Counted from the stretch's first letter, positions 38,379-51,980 are shown. The stretch is DNA of 64,000 nt from Mytilus edulis (GCF_963676685.1 NC_092351.1:88350001-88414000), one strand, 5' to 3'. Numbers and translations: made by a program. Notes: generated by a model not told the origin, from the letters alone.

Positions 38379-39513
38379 AGCCCTGGTCACAACGAACCCA
38401 CAACACATCTATGCAGCACCACGACAAGAAATTTGGTCAAATCGCGGGTCATCTGTGATCGTCGTACGACAGTCGCACGAAATTTTGAGCATCGTGGCGC
38501 TGTCGTGTGTAGTGGGACGAAAATTGAACATGCACCTTTTTTGCTCTACGATTTTTTGTCGTGTCACTGTCTTGTGGCTGGCGTGTGGGTGTCCTACCAC
38601 AATCGTGCGACTGTCGTGCGATAAACACATTGTCGTGGGTACCAACATAAACCATTTTAAGAAAAAACAATCGTACGATTGTCGTACGACAATCTCACGA
38701 CTGTCGCAATATATTCGTGATACAGTCGCACGATTGTCTCACCAATACCAAATTTCGTACGATATGCTCGCACAACAATGATTGTCTGTCGTACGACAGT
38801 GGTACGTTCGTCGTGCAACATATTTTCGTTTTATTTTAGAAAAATACAATTTGGCGGGAATAAATGTTTGGAAAACATACCGTCTGACGTTTAATGAGGA
38901 TGGCTATTCCACCAGAACGATTACGTTTGGCCCTGCTGAAAATGCGCCTTGCCGGACTCCAACAAGAGCAAAATATCATCCATTTCTTTTTCTTCTCGGG
39001 GACATCCTGGTTTAAATTCGCTGAACAATTATTATATAAACTAATACAAAAAATGTCGTTATCTTGGACCGAACTTATAATGACACTTAACTACATCGAA
39101 AGCAAAAGGCAAATAGCTTTCAATAAATCGGGCCTTCTATATATACATTTGTACTAGTAGTCCCGGAGTCAAACGCGCGAGTGACCCATGACTGTTGTAA
39201 GACAGTTGTAAGACAGTCATGCGACAGTGGCACGACAGTGACATGCGCATCCCATGACATGAAAACCTGAAAAATAGTCCAAAACAACTCATGATTGTCG
39301 TACGACTGTCGCATGACCGACTTGCGACAAACCCACGACAATACAATTTCATTTTTTTCTCTGTCGTGTACCCTTCGTGGAACCATCGTGGACATGTTGT
39401 AGCTGATGTGATCACTCGAAATATTTTTTTGGCATTTTGAACGACAGTGACACGACAACTATTTTATAGATCTTCCACGACAAAAAATCGTACGATCTGT
39501 TGTAAGCGGGGCT
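38379..39513. mobile_element. PIF/Harbinger deletion derivative, copy A
   Basis: TIRs agccctggtcacaac ... gttgtaagcggggct, taa on the left flank, dense gtcgt/acgac subterminal motifs. Confidence 0.8.
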
Positions 39514-39525
39514 TTTTAAAGCTTA

Positions 39526-40598
39526 AGCCCCGGTCACAACAGATCGTACGATTTTTTGTCGTGGAAGTTCTATCAAATAGTTGTAATTGTACTGTCGTGG
39601 GTTTGTCGCAATTAGGTCGTGAGACAGTCGTACGACAATCGTGAGTTGTTTTGGGTTATGTTTTTAGGTTTTCATTTCATGGAATGCGTGTGTTACTGTC
39701 GTGTCACTGTTGTGCCCCTGTTGTACGACTGTCTTACCGTAAGACAGTCGTTGGTCACTCGCCCGTTTGACTCCGAACTACTAGTATATAAGGAAGACCC
39801 CATTAATTGGGTTAGTGATGTGAGGGGCGACTCTCAACAAAAGTTCTTGAAACATGCCAGGTTCCATCCGCATGAGTCCAACGAAATCAACGGCAGATTC
39901 CCGCTTCAACTCTGGCATCAGTATACTATACTGCCCAAACATCAGGCGCAGTTCGATCCATGTTTTAACCCATCAATGTCGGTCGTTTTTCTGGTTCCTA
40001 TGCTGTTCATGTGCTCGAAATAACGTTAACATATTTTGCTCTTGTTGAATTCCGGCAAGGCGACTATTTAGTAGGGACAGTCATTCTGGTGGAATAACCA
40101 TCCTCTTTAAACGGCAGACGGTATATTTTTTTCCAAACGTTCATTGCCGCAGAATTGTATTCTTCTAAAATAAAACGAAAATATGTTGCACGACGAACGT
40201 ACCACTGTCGTACGACAGACAATCAATGTTGTGCGAGTATCGTACGAAATTTTGAATTCGTGAGACTGAGTGTATCACGTGGGTCTTGCGACAGTCGTGA
40301 GATTGTCTTAATTACGACCGCCGTGCGACAGTCGTATGATTTTATTTTTTATTAAAATGGTTCATGTTGGCACCCACGACAATGTGTTTATCGCACGACA
40401 GTCCCACGACTGTGGTAAGACATTCCCAGACGCCAGCCACAAGACAGTGACACGACAAAAAAATCGTAGAATAAAAAAGGTGCATATCCTATTTTCGTCC
40501 CACGACACACGACAGCGCTACGATGCTCAAAATATCGTGCGTCTGTCGTACGACGATCACAGATGACCCGCTATTTGACAACATTTCATGTCAAGGCT
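39526..40598 (-). mobile_element. PIF/Harbinger deletion derivative, copy B (inverted relative to A), with transposase N-terminal remnant
   Basis: Reverse complement of copy A over both arms. About 39985-39811(-) translates RH*WVKTWIELRLMFGQYSILMPELKRESAVDFVGLMRMEPGMFQELLLRVAPHIT, matching the Harbinger transposase N-terminal pattern. Confidence 0.82.
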
Positions 40599-42086
40599 TA
40601 AATGGGAATCTGGAACACATAATTCTACTCTCAGACAATTGTAATTATTTTTATAGTGATTTTGAATGAACATGCATGAAAAACGTGTTTAAATCCGAAT
40701 CATAATTCTAAGCACATTTGTTGTGCACTTTATTTTACATGTTTAGGTCTAAACGTGTTTCAGTACAATGTGTTTATGATCGTGTTTTATTCATTAACAC
40801 TTTCATTTTCAGTTTTCTTGCCTATGGCCTGTCGCTCTTTTCTGGCAATCTATTATTTTAACATCACGAAATAGCAAATAGCATTAAACACTTATCAATT
40901 AATCAATCAATCGAATTTCAAGGGGCCAGAAATGATGCCTTATCATACATGCGAGATTGGGGAATGGGTGTTCCATTTTTGTAATCTTTATTTTTTATTT
41001 CATTTTTCTCTTTTCTTTATCATTTTACATGTTTTTGTCATTTATTCTCGTTTCCCCTTTTCTAAATTCTCTATTTTTTTTACTGTTTCATTCATTCTGC
41101 CCCCCCCCCCCCCCCCCAAAAAAAAAAACTATTATCTATTCGGTTAACCCCATCCAGAGCCTCATACTCATACATTTACATTTACATTTATATTCATCAA
41201 TTTATCTTATCAATAAAATATGTGTGTAAACAATTGTTGAAATTATTAGAGAGGCAAAGGATACCATTTTTATTTAAAAAGGGACTGTACCCAAACTTGT
41301 ATATTGAAGATAAATTGACGTACAACACCATGTCTAAAAACAAATAAAAAAAGTAGCATGATACATCGGGGAGGGGGTCTATGTTTTGCCCCTCCTGGTT
41401 TGTTGGTAAAAAATAGCTACTGATCGAAATTAGGAAATACAATGAAAATGGCAAGATGGCAGATCGACTTTCTTCTATGTATTCTAAATTATTTGACTAT
41501 ATTTGTTTTACGCTTGTCATCCACTTTGAGAAGTTTGACCCCTCCCCCTTTTTTATGGCCTTTTTTACATAACATCTTCAACGTATACTTATCATAATTA
41601 ATACATGTTTTTTCCCCTGAAAAGGCAGTTTATATTTCCTGAATGTATATTAAATTATAAATGCATTATGTCCTTATTTTTTGAATGATGACTTTCACAT
41701 CGATACTCGTCAGAATCAAATCAAATATTTATTATTCCAAACAAGGATCCCAAATGGAGCCGATCGATTTACAAGCAGAAATTACTATTGTTATATAAAA
41801 TACGTACATGTTCACCATATAAAATGCAACAATCATGTTAAATTATACAGTAATGTATAATATAATATGACAAGGTCACTCGGTTCACAATTTGCACACA
41901 TTCAAATATTATAATATTTTACATTGGAAATGCATTGATTGTCAAGTTGAAAATAACTTAATTTATCTTCAAAATTTTACTTCAAAAGATAAATGATTGT
42001 GATTTTGAATTTAAAAAATTAGAATTTGTTGCAGATAATGATAGCCATAAGTATAGAAACATAACATTTATAGGCCAAAAACTTAC

Positions 42087-42175
42087 TGTTTACCTACATT
42101 TAACAAAACTTCTCCGTCGTTAGCTTATATAACGTGGTTTAAACCCGGGGTTTAAACTTCCTCTTTCGTTTTCTA
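42087..42175 (-). promoter_or_regulatory. Conserved upstream block (promoter / first non-coding exon) of HSPA12 copy 2
   Basis: Aligns by eye to 56113-56180 upstream of copy 3; contains GAAAACGAAAGAGGAAGT, tatataa and - strand splice donors. Confidence 0.6.
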
Positions 42176-42524
42176 TTTTAAACATGTGCATAGTCAAATG
42201 AATTCATACCAGGTTAATCTGGTATGAGGGTCTGCAGTGGATGGTTTTATTTTATATAGTTTTGAATTGCATTCTTTAATTTTTTTAGGCATTTTTTTCT
42301 ATCTTATTTTTTTTTGGGGGGGGGGGGGGTGCTCTTATTATTTGAAAGATCTTTTTCTCATTTTTTTTTGGTGGAAGTGCCCATTATTCTCATTATTCTG
42401 TGTTATCATGATAACACATATACACGTCTGCTACCTCTATCGATATGCATAAGTAAGGACGAATAAAAGGCCCCGAAATGACAATGTAAAAAAAATTCAA
42501 ACGAGAAAACTAACGGCCTTATTT

Positions 42525-42918
42525 CACAGGCGCTTGGGTCTATGATACAGATTTTTTTTTTTTTTTTTTTTTTTTTATTAAAATATTCAATTTTCGATAT
42601 TTATAATACATATCTATCACTTCTGTGCATGTCTCACCTAGTTTCGAGTGATTTAAACTACCCAGAGAACTTCTTAGTATGGATAGTAAAATTGGGTTTT
42701 TTCTCTGGGTAGTTTAACTACCCAGAGAAAAAACCCAATTTTACTATTCTTAGTATGAATAGTAAAATTGGGTTTTTTCTCTGGGTAGTTTAAATCACTC
42801 GAAACTAGGTGACATTCACAGAAGTGATAGATATGTATTATAAATATCGAAAATTAAATATTTTAATAAAAAAAAAAAAAAAAAAAAAAAATCTGTATCA
42901 TAGACCCAAGCGCCTGTG
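42525..42918. mobile_element. Foldback MITE with 8-bp TSD (P-element- or hAT-type)
   Basis: TIRs of about 145 bp starting cacaggcgcttgggtc; ccttattt duplicated on both sides; degenerate half-copy at about 37344-37500. Confidence 0.9.
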
Positions 42919-44465
42919 CCTTATTTATCTAAACAAATATACTGTAACACATAAACAAACGACAACCACTGAATTACAGGCTCCCATAGTGTGACTAGGG
43001 ACAGTTTTTTAAGGATCCAAATATACCGAATCCCATTGCATAGTTTTAGGTCACCTGACCTAAAAGGCCAATATAAAAAAAGAAAGAAGATGTGATATAA
43101 TTGCCAATACGGAAACTCTCAACAAGAGACCAAAGACACAGAAATTAACAAGTAAGCCTTTCTCATCACTCGGCTTCCGGTGTCCGCTGTCGTCCGTCTT
43201 CGTTAACTTTTACAATAATCTTCTCCTCTGAAACTACTGGGTCAAATTTAACCAAACTTTAAGCCACAATCATCATTGAGTATCTATTTTCAAAAAATGT
43301 GTCCGATGATTCGGCCAACCAACCAAGATAAACGCCATGGCTTAAACTGGAACATAGGGGTACAATGTAGATTTTGGCTTATATCTCTAAAACCAATATA
43401 TTTAGAGCAAATTGTTTATCAGGTCAACATATATCTGCTTTGAAATTTTCAGACAAATCGGACATCCTGTTGTTGGGTTGCTGCTCCTGAATTGGTTATT
43501 TTAGGACATTTTGTAGTTTTTGGTTATAATCTTTAATATTATTATAGATAGAGATAAACTGTAAACAGCAATATTGTTCAGCAAGGTAAGATCTACAAAT
43601 AAGTCAAATGACCAAAATGCTTAAATGATCCCTTAGGGAGTTATTGTCATCTATAGTAAATTTGAACAATGTTTGTAATTTTTTGCGAGATGAATTTAAC
43701 CAAATTTAATCACAATCATCATTAGGGTATCTAGTTTAAAAAATGTGTCCGATGACCCGGTAAACCAACCAAGATGGTCACCATGGCTAAAAATAAAACA
43801 TAGGGGTAGAATATAGATTTTGGCTTATATCTCTGAAACTAAAGCATTTAGAGCAAATATGACATGAGTAAAACTGTTCATCAGGTTGAGATGTTTCTTT
43901 CCGGAAATTTTCAGACGAATAAGCCGTTGTTGGGTTGCTGCCCCTGATTTAGAAATTCTAAGGAAATTTTAGTTTTTATTTAATATCTTGAAAATTATTA
44001 CAGATCTAGATAAACTGTGAACAGCAATAATCTTAAGAAAAATAAGATATAAAAAATAAGTCAACAAGACCAAAATGGTCAATTTGACTCAATAAGGAGT
44101 TATTGCCCTTTAAAGTCAAATTTAACAATTTTTTTGAAGTTCTGACAAAACTTGTTCTCGTTTTCACAATTATCCGCCATTGATTAATCATGTGACAAAA
44201 GAGATTCAACATAGCCTTTCAATCCTTCTCAAAATATTTTCGACTCGACATTAAACAATCCACTTATGCTAAGTTGCCGATGTTGGAAAACTACAAAATG
44301 ATACTGGTGGATGCAACCTCGCCAAATTTATCATTTGTTTCTAAAGGAGAGGTGGAAAATAACAAAGGAACACTCAGTCCAAAACAAACAGACAAAGCTA
44401 CAAAATGTATGACAATAACAAGAAAAAAAATACCAAAAGGATAACATCAGTACACAATACAAAAC

Positions 44466-47400
44466 CAGAGCTCCAGATAAGCTGCGTATTTGCGTGATCC
44501 CGCAATACAAATAATAGAAAACCCAATGCAATTGTCCATTGAAGGGTTCAACAACCCAATTAATTCAACGGAAAACCCAATTATATGCCAAAACCATGAG
44601 TTCTCAACCCTTTTATTGGCTACCGTTTGTGTTATTTACCCTTATCTGTTTACAGTCGTCGCTTAAACTTTTTTTTATAATATTTATAATTGGAAATTTC
44701 CTGTCGTTCTAAAAATAGATCCCTGCATCAAGTAGCTGTAATGGGTCCCTGTTTGAGTTTTCCGTTGCTTGATAGGTACACGTGTTTTTGTAAATATTTC
44801 GATCTTCTCGGTGTTTATCCAATAAGCGTGTGTCATGTAGTCATATTTTCTTTCGCATTGCTCGGGATTTTTCATAACATACATCGAATTAAAACGAAAG
44901 TGAATGTCCGGTTAAAATATTGAATAGAAGCATGTTTTCGGCTTATTTTGGAAAATTGAGGGAAAGTTATGATAACAAGACTCAGCTAGTGTCTTTAGGA
45001 ACAGTCCATCGAACGCACGGGCGTGTGTGCGTACCATAACGAAAACATTGCTAATAAACACAGGGTTTCATCAAAAACGAATTCAGTTGGAAAAAGTGAA
45101 AGGCCCAATCAATTATGAAATGATAAAGCATCAGAAATCAAAAGTTCTAATAAAATACAACTAAACCCAGATTTATGTAAATTGAATAAAAGAAAATCAT
45201 TCAAGTATAATTAGTTTATATACTATTTTTATACGACCGCAAATTTTGAAAAAAATTTCGTCGTATATTGCTATCACGTTGGCGTCGTCGTCGTCGTCGT
45301 CCGAATACTTTTAGTTTTCGCACTCTAACTTTAGTAAAAGTGAATAGAAATCTATGAAATTTTAACACAAGGTTTATGACCATAAAAGGAAGGTTGGTAT
45401 TGATTTTGGGAGTTTGGGTCCCAACATTTTAGGAATTAGGGGCCAAAAAGGGCCCAAATAAGCATTTTCTTGGTTTTCACACTATAACTTTAGTTTAAGT
45501 TAATAGAAATCTATGAAATTTTGACACAAGGTTGATGACCACAAAAGAAAGGTTGGGATTGATTTTGGGAGTTTTGGTTTCAACAGTTAAGGAATTAGGG
45601 GCCAAAAAAGGGCCCAAATAAGCATTATTCTTGGTTTTCGCACAATAACTTTAGTTTAAGTAAATAGAAATCAATGAAATTTGAACATAATGTTTATGAC
45701 CACAAAAGGAAGATTGGTATTGATTTTGGGAGTTGAGGTCCAAACAGTTTAGGAATAAGGGGCCAAAAAGGGACCCAAATAAGCATTTTTCTTGGTTTTC
45801 GCACCATAACGTTAGTATAAGTAAATAGAAATCTATGAAATTTAAACACAAGGTTAATGACCATAAAAGGAAGATTGGTATTGATTTTGGGAGTTTTGGT
45901 CCCAACAGTTTAGGAAAAAGGGGCCCAAAGGGTCCAAAATTAAACTTTGTTTGATTTCATCAAAATTGAATAATTGGGGTTCTTTGATATGCCGAATCTA
46001 ACTGTGTATGTAGATTCTTAACTTTTGGTCATGTTTTCAAATTGGTCTACATTAATGATTAAGGTCCAAAGGGTCCAAAATTAAACTTAGTTTGATTTTG
46101 ACAAAAAATGAATCGGTTGGGTTCTTTGATATGTTGAATCTAAAAATGTATATAGATTCTTGATTATTGGCCCAGTTTTCAAGTTGGTCCAAATCTGGGT
46201 CCAAAATTAAACTTTTTTGATTTCATCAAAAATTGAATAAATGGGGTTCTTTGATATGCCAAATCTAACTGTGTATGTAGATTCTTCATTTTTGGTCCCG
46301 TTTTCAAATTGGCCTACATTAAGGTCCAAAGGGTCCAAAATTAAACTAAGTTTGATTTTAACAAAAATTAAATTCATGGGCCTCTTTGATATGCTGAATC
46401 TAAACATGTACTTAGATTTTTGATTATGGGCCCAGTTTTCAAGTTGGTCCAAATCAGGATCTAAAATTATTATATTAAGTATTGTGCAATAGCAAGTCTT
46501 TTCAATTGCACAGTATTGTGCAATGGCAAGAAATATTCAATTTCTCAATATTGTGAAATAGCAAATTTTTTTTAAATTAGAGTTATCTTTCTTTGTCCAA
46601 AATAGTAAGCAAGAAATATCTTATTGCAAGAAATTTTTTTAATTGGAGTTATCTTTCTTTGTCCAGAATCAACTTAAATCTTTGTTATATACAATATACA
46701 ATGTATATTCACTTTTTACTACCATTTTTACCATTCAGTGATAACAAGCAGTTTTTTACATCTCAATATTTTATGATGTATTTAAATGAGTAGTTATTGT
46801 TGCAAACTCCATTAGAATATTTTAATTGAGATTAGTTTTGGAATAAGGGAAAGGGGGATGTGATTAAAAAATTGGGTTCAATTTTTCTCATTTGAAATTT
46901 CATAAATAAAAAGAAAATTTCTTCAAACATTTTTTTGAGAGGATTAATATTGAACAGCATAGTGAATTGCTCTAAGAGAAAACACAAATTTTAAGTTCAT
47001 TAGAACACAGTCATTCATTCTGTGTCAGAAACCTATGCTGTGTCAACTATTTAATCACAATCCAAATTTAGAGCTGAATCCAGCTTGAATGTTGTGTCCA
47101 AACTTGCCCCAACCGTTCAGGGTTCAACCTCTGCGGTCGTATAAAGCTACGCCCTGCGAAGCATCTGGTTTATTCATTTTACGGTTAATTAATGAATACA
47201 CACACCATGCACACAGCCACTGATCAGGCACTGGTCTCAGAATTTATCATATAAAGTTATAAGACGAGTGCCTGTGAATACACATATCCTTTTTTTGAAA
47301 AAAAACTGTTTGAAACTGGACACAAATTTAACCTACAATTGCTTCTCAGTGAATAAACCAAATAAAACAGCTAGCAAATAACCCTAACCAAAACCCTAAA

Positions 47401-47669
47401 CCAAATAAAAGAGCTAAACAAAGACAGAAACATATTACATGTATTAATTTAAGATGGAAAAAAATTGGGGTTGATATTGCCTAAATATTCAATATTGTGT
47501 TGATGAAAAAACCCAATACATGAAGGAGCTTGGTGGTGAAAAACCCAATTTGATATTAACCTGAGGGGTGAATTGGAATTGATAATGCAATTAAAAAACA
47601 TTATCACCCAATTATATAAGAAAATGGTGGGTAAAAACCCCAATTTATGAATTCTTATCTGGAGCTCTG
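44466..47669. mobile_element. Non-autonomous DNA transposon with 16-bp TIRs and 6-bp TSD, hosting a HINE
   Basis: caaaac|cagagctccagataag ... cttatctggagctctg|caaaac; aacccaa motifs at both subterminal ends. Confidence 0.75.
45226..47170 (+). mobile_element. Helentron-associated element (HINE) carrying internal satellite arrays
   Basis: 5' subTIR tttttatacgaccgca, (gtc)n, four about 160-bp units (45345, 45504, 45665, 45826), a second about 130-bp array, 3' subTIR tgcggtcgtataaa plus short hairpin, T-rich flanks. Confidence 0.85.
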
Positions 47670-48093
47670 CAAAACATAAAAAAAAAACATAAAGACTGAG
47701 CAACACGATCCCCATTTAAAACCGTGGGTGATCTCATTTGCTCCGAAAGTGTAAGCATAATCCTTCTCCACATGTGCACGTGACACCCATGATGTTGCTT
47801 ATGTAAGTATAAACTCGGTGATAAGTCTTATTTGGTAGGTCACTCACATCCGTTGATAAGAGGACGGGATTCCTCACTTGTAACATTTGGAGAGCTATAA
47901 TCTCCCGTAAGCGGGATTTACTTCTGTCACATTTTTTCTTCTAAAAACTAAACTTTTATTTTAATTTCTAATGATCTTTATATATTTTAAGTCACTTCTG
48001 TATTCTTTATGCCACACAAGATATTTTTTACACATATTTATAGTAAAATAAACAGTTTGAACTGCAAAAATGTTCTAAAAACCAGAACATGAA

Positions 48094-51000
48094 TTATTTA
48101 TCACTAAGAAAGTCAAATCGTGCTCTAAAGACATCGCCGGTATTTATCTCTCTAGCTTCAATAACCAATTCCGTACCACCGAACTCGATTTTGACCTGAA
48201 TATTGTTTCCGGATGTGATTTCCGAACTTATGTTGATCATCATTTCTCCAATCAATCTACAGCCATCATCAGTGACATATTTCGGATTGTTCGAGTTTGA
48301 TGCGTAAACACGAACCCTGTTGTTTTGGCCTTTGGCACTGAAGGGCATAGAATGTTCATCGTCTTCTTTGATGGGTTGTCCCTTTTCCACAAACTTGTGA
48401 AATACGTCACGACACAATACAGCACTGCCAGACGTGAACTTCAGTTCATCTGGGTCACCTGTCTTAAACAATCGACTGATTGCGATGCCGTAAGTCACTT
48501 GATTGACTCTTACAGATATAAGTTTTGGACGATGACCATAAAGCACGGCTCCTTTCAAAACTGCAAGACCAGCATCTTGTGGTACGATAACCTTGTGATT
48601 TGGAAATCTCGTTTTGATAGTTTCTTGTACGATTGGTGACTCCGAAAAGCCCCCGACCAACAATAAAATATTGGTGTCAGCAGCAACAGGCTGGTTTAGA
48701 ATCTCTCTGATATGCTCAACAAGGTGTTCTAATGGATCGCGAAAAAGTCCTTTTAATAAATCAGGGTCCATCTTCAACTTGTCGGCGGTTTGTGCAACAC
48801 GATCAGCGTACATTGACGCTTCTATTGCTTCCTTTATAGTTCGTCCTTTCATTGTTTTATAATGCTCCATTAAGGAAGATGGTAGTTTGATTACAGCATG
48901 TTTCATCTTGTCATTAAATGTTCTCTTTTTAACTTCAAAGTCCCTACCCATGTCAAAATGGTCACAGGCATTCTTCTTCTGAAACTCAGCAAACACATCT
49001 TCTTCGACAATATCTATCAGTAGTTGTTCAAACGCTTGGTCGACTTTGATACCACCCCATGCGCCACCACTTGCACTGTGCAATTCTTTCAATGTTCCAT
49101 CGTCTGCTACTTGGTGAATAGTGATATCAGCAGTGCCACCTAGGGAAGAAAATTTAAGGAATTTTAAATACATGGCCTTTCCTTTTTTTTTTAGTTACCA
49201 TGCATTTCAAATGATGTCCCTTGATATTTAGAAAAAAGACATTTGTTATTTAAGATAATAATTTCTTTTCAGGAACTGAATTCTTTCCTATGAGTTGTGC
49301 GAACATTGCTTGAAAGAAGTAAAGGATGAACAATGTTTTGTTTGATATCTATGAATGCATTAACCTTTCTATTATATATTAGATGCATACTTGGCAATAG
49401 TAGCGAGAAACAAAGAGGGGTTCAACGTTGGATAAGAATGGTTGACTGACAAAAAATCATTTGCATTTCCTTCAAAGCCTAGAGAACAGTAGAAATATTC
49501 TAGAAAAATCTATCAGATAGAGTTACAAAAAATATAGTTATCTGTGTAAATCAAGTAGTTTATTTTTCACACAGCTTTAATGCATCACTATACTTGTTCT
49601 GCAGCATATTGTTATAAAACAAATGGCAGACGGTAACCGTTGCTTATCAATCTATGTTGTTCCTTTGTGCCAATTTTCATTGACGAAAAGCTATTGTTAC
49701 GTATTTGGTGTCGTTTTGATTTGGATTTGATTGTGTTGAGTTGCTGTCTCATTGACGTTTATCCCATTTTCCCTTTTATTTTTCTGTCTTACAGCACAAT
49801 AATAAAATACCATTCAATCATACCTCCTAAGTCAATTACCATATACTTTGACCCTGGTTTAAACAGCTCATTACCAGATGCATCAGAGGTGTATCTACAC
49901 AACAATGACGCAGCTTCCGGTTCTAATGCTATTATTAACTGGTCGTTGAAAATGTCGGCCTAGAATTGAATAGATTTAAAATACTTCTTACGTCATATAA
50001 ATGAAATATTATGTGGAATGTCTGCTAATGAGACTGGCAGATAAAAAAAATACTTACACATACACAAGTATTATATTTAATTCTCGCTACATTTTGCGCC
50101 TGTGCAAAGTCCGACTATCTCGACCATGTCTCGTTTGTTGTTGTTTGTTTGATTGTATTTGACCAAAAGGACCAAAAAGGAGCTTGAAATAGGCAAATTA
50201 ATCTAAGGTCAACTTTGCATGAGAGAGTATTTTCTTAATAATTTATTTATGAGGAATTTACGAAAAGTTTGTTATAATATACGAAGTATTTCAAAAATGG
50301 AATTTCGCCAGAGATTGTTATTTTAAGAGTGTGATAATCTTTGTTCAATCTTTTCATTCAGACTCGGACGGGGCGATTAAGAGATTGACCATCAGATTGA
50401 TGTGGAGCAGGATATGCTTACCGTTCAAGAGCCTGCACCTGATACCATCCAAGTTTTTAGTGGGGTTCTTGATGCTCAGTCTTTAGTTTTCTATGCAGTG
50501 TTTTGTGTACTTTTATTTGTCTGTTGGTCTTTTCTTTTTTTAGCCATGGCGTTGTTAGTTTATTTTCGACTTGTGCGTTTGAATGTCATTTTGAATTACT
50601 TTCGCCTCTCTTTTCGGTAATACCTTTTGTGCAGCTTCTCTCATAAACTGTTTGGCAGCGTCTGTCCATATTGCAGGAACAGTTATAACCCACTGAACTT
50701 CAGAGTCTTCAACTTCGGTACCGCAACGGCGGAAATTTTCCAAAGCATGGTTCTTTAGAAAATTTATACCATGACCAAATATGGTCTTAGCTGCAATTTC
50801 CACACCATTAGATGCCGCTAACTTGGTGTCTCGATTCAGTCCCTATTATCCAAAATAAAAAAAAATCACATCAATTAACAAACTTCAAACTATTTTTAAT
50901 TGTAATTTTGCCTCGTTCTGCAAATATCTCACATATATGAAATGTATGAACTTTTCGTTAAGCATAATGAAAGAGGGACCTTCTAACATTACCAAATATA

Positions 51001-51980
51001 CAGTATACCTTTATTGTACTTGTACGGCAGTAGGTTACTATAAGAACTGATTTTCTTTTTTTTAGTTGAGATAAAATCGTTAAAATCAGAGGCGGATTTA
51101 GGGGGGGCCAGGGGGCACGGCCCCCCCCCTTTTGGGAAAAAATTTGGTTGCTTATATAGGGAATCACTGAAGCGTGACTGGAGCGGGCCCCCCTTTACGT
51201 CAGTCAGTGGGCCCCCTCTTATGAAAATTTCTGGATCCGCCACTGAAAATATCTTGAATGTAAATCCGCATAATATCAATATAGCAAACAATAATGGATA
51301 GCACTATCAAATTTTGATTAATCGAACAAAACCTCGAAAATTTGATAAAAATAGAAATTAATATGGAAGAAAGAAAAGAAGGTCAATTTGAAAGTTATTA
51401 TACTATTCGTTACTCTAATTTTTGAGGCTTTTTAATATACATTTAATAATATCCACTACTGCATGTCTCTTAACTGAAGTCATGAAAATCAAAAATGGTA
51501 TGATCATTGTTTTTTAAACCTAGTTGTATGAAATCGGTATCAATCTTTATGGTATCCTAGACATCCCACAATCATCACCAAAATTTGTAAAAACCTGAAC
51601 ATATGATATGGACACACCATCAAATAAATACACAAATATATATTGCATACCGGATTTCGATGAAGCAACATCTTGAACCTTCTAAAAAACAAATAGTCAT
51701 GATGCAGGTCATCCAACGCCAAATCACTGTACTGGGTTTCAGCGTCATAACCAAAAGCAACGAATTCTTTCTCTTTATCCAGTAGTAAACAAGTTGGTGT
51801 TTTCAGAGACATTAAAGCTGCCACTCCCGCATTCCATACTTGGTTTGTGTGAATGTTTTTTGTAGGTTCCTTCAAGAAGTCAGCCGTTAACTGAAAGGCA
51901 TATCCGGAAAAGGTTGTTCCAAAGTCTATAGCACATACAAGTAATTTTCCATGTGTAACTTGTTCTCCCATCTTTTCCAT
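48094..51980 (-). CDS. HSPA12: Heat shock 70 kDa protein 12-like, copy 3; join(51980-51651, 50842-50624, 49959-49824, 49139-48094), 576 aa (alternative ATG at 51971)
   Basis: Same motifs and introns as copy 2 (internal exons 219 and 136 nt in both); 1731 nt in frame; acceptor at 52039-52040. Confidence 0.95.
51087..51245. mobile_element. Short GC-rich MITE
   Basis: aaaat|cagaggcggat ... atccgccactg|aaaat; decayed relatives near 3760-3893 and 16440-16500. Confidence 0.75.

Noticed and set aside
38409-40566. Cluster of overlapping Cys/Arg-rich ORFs
   Set aside because: Explained by GC-rich gtcgt/acgac motifs of the Harbinger derivatives; only the interrupted transposase fragment is credible.
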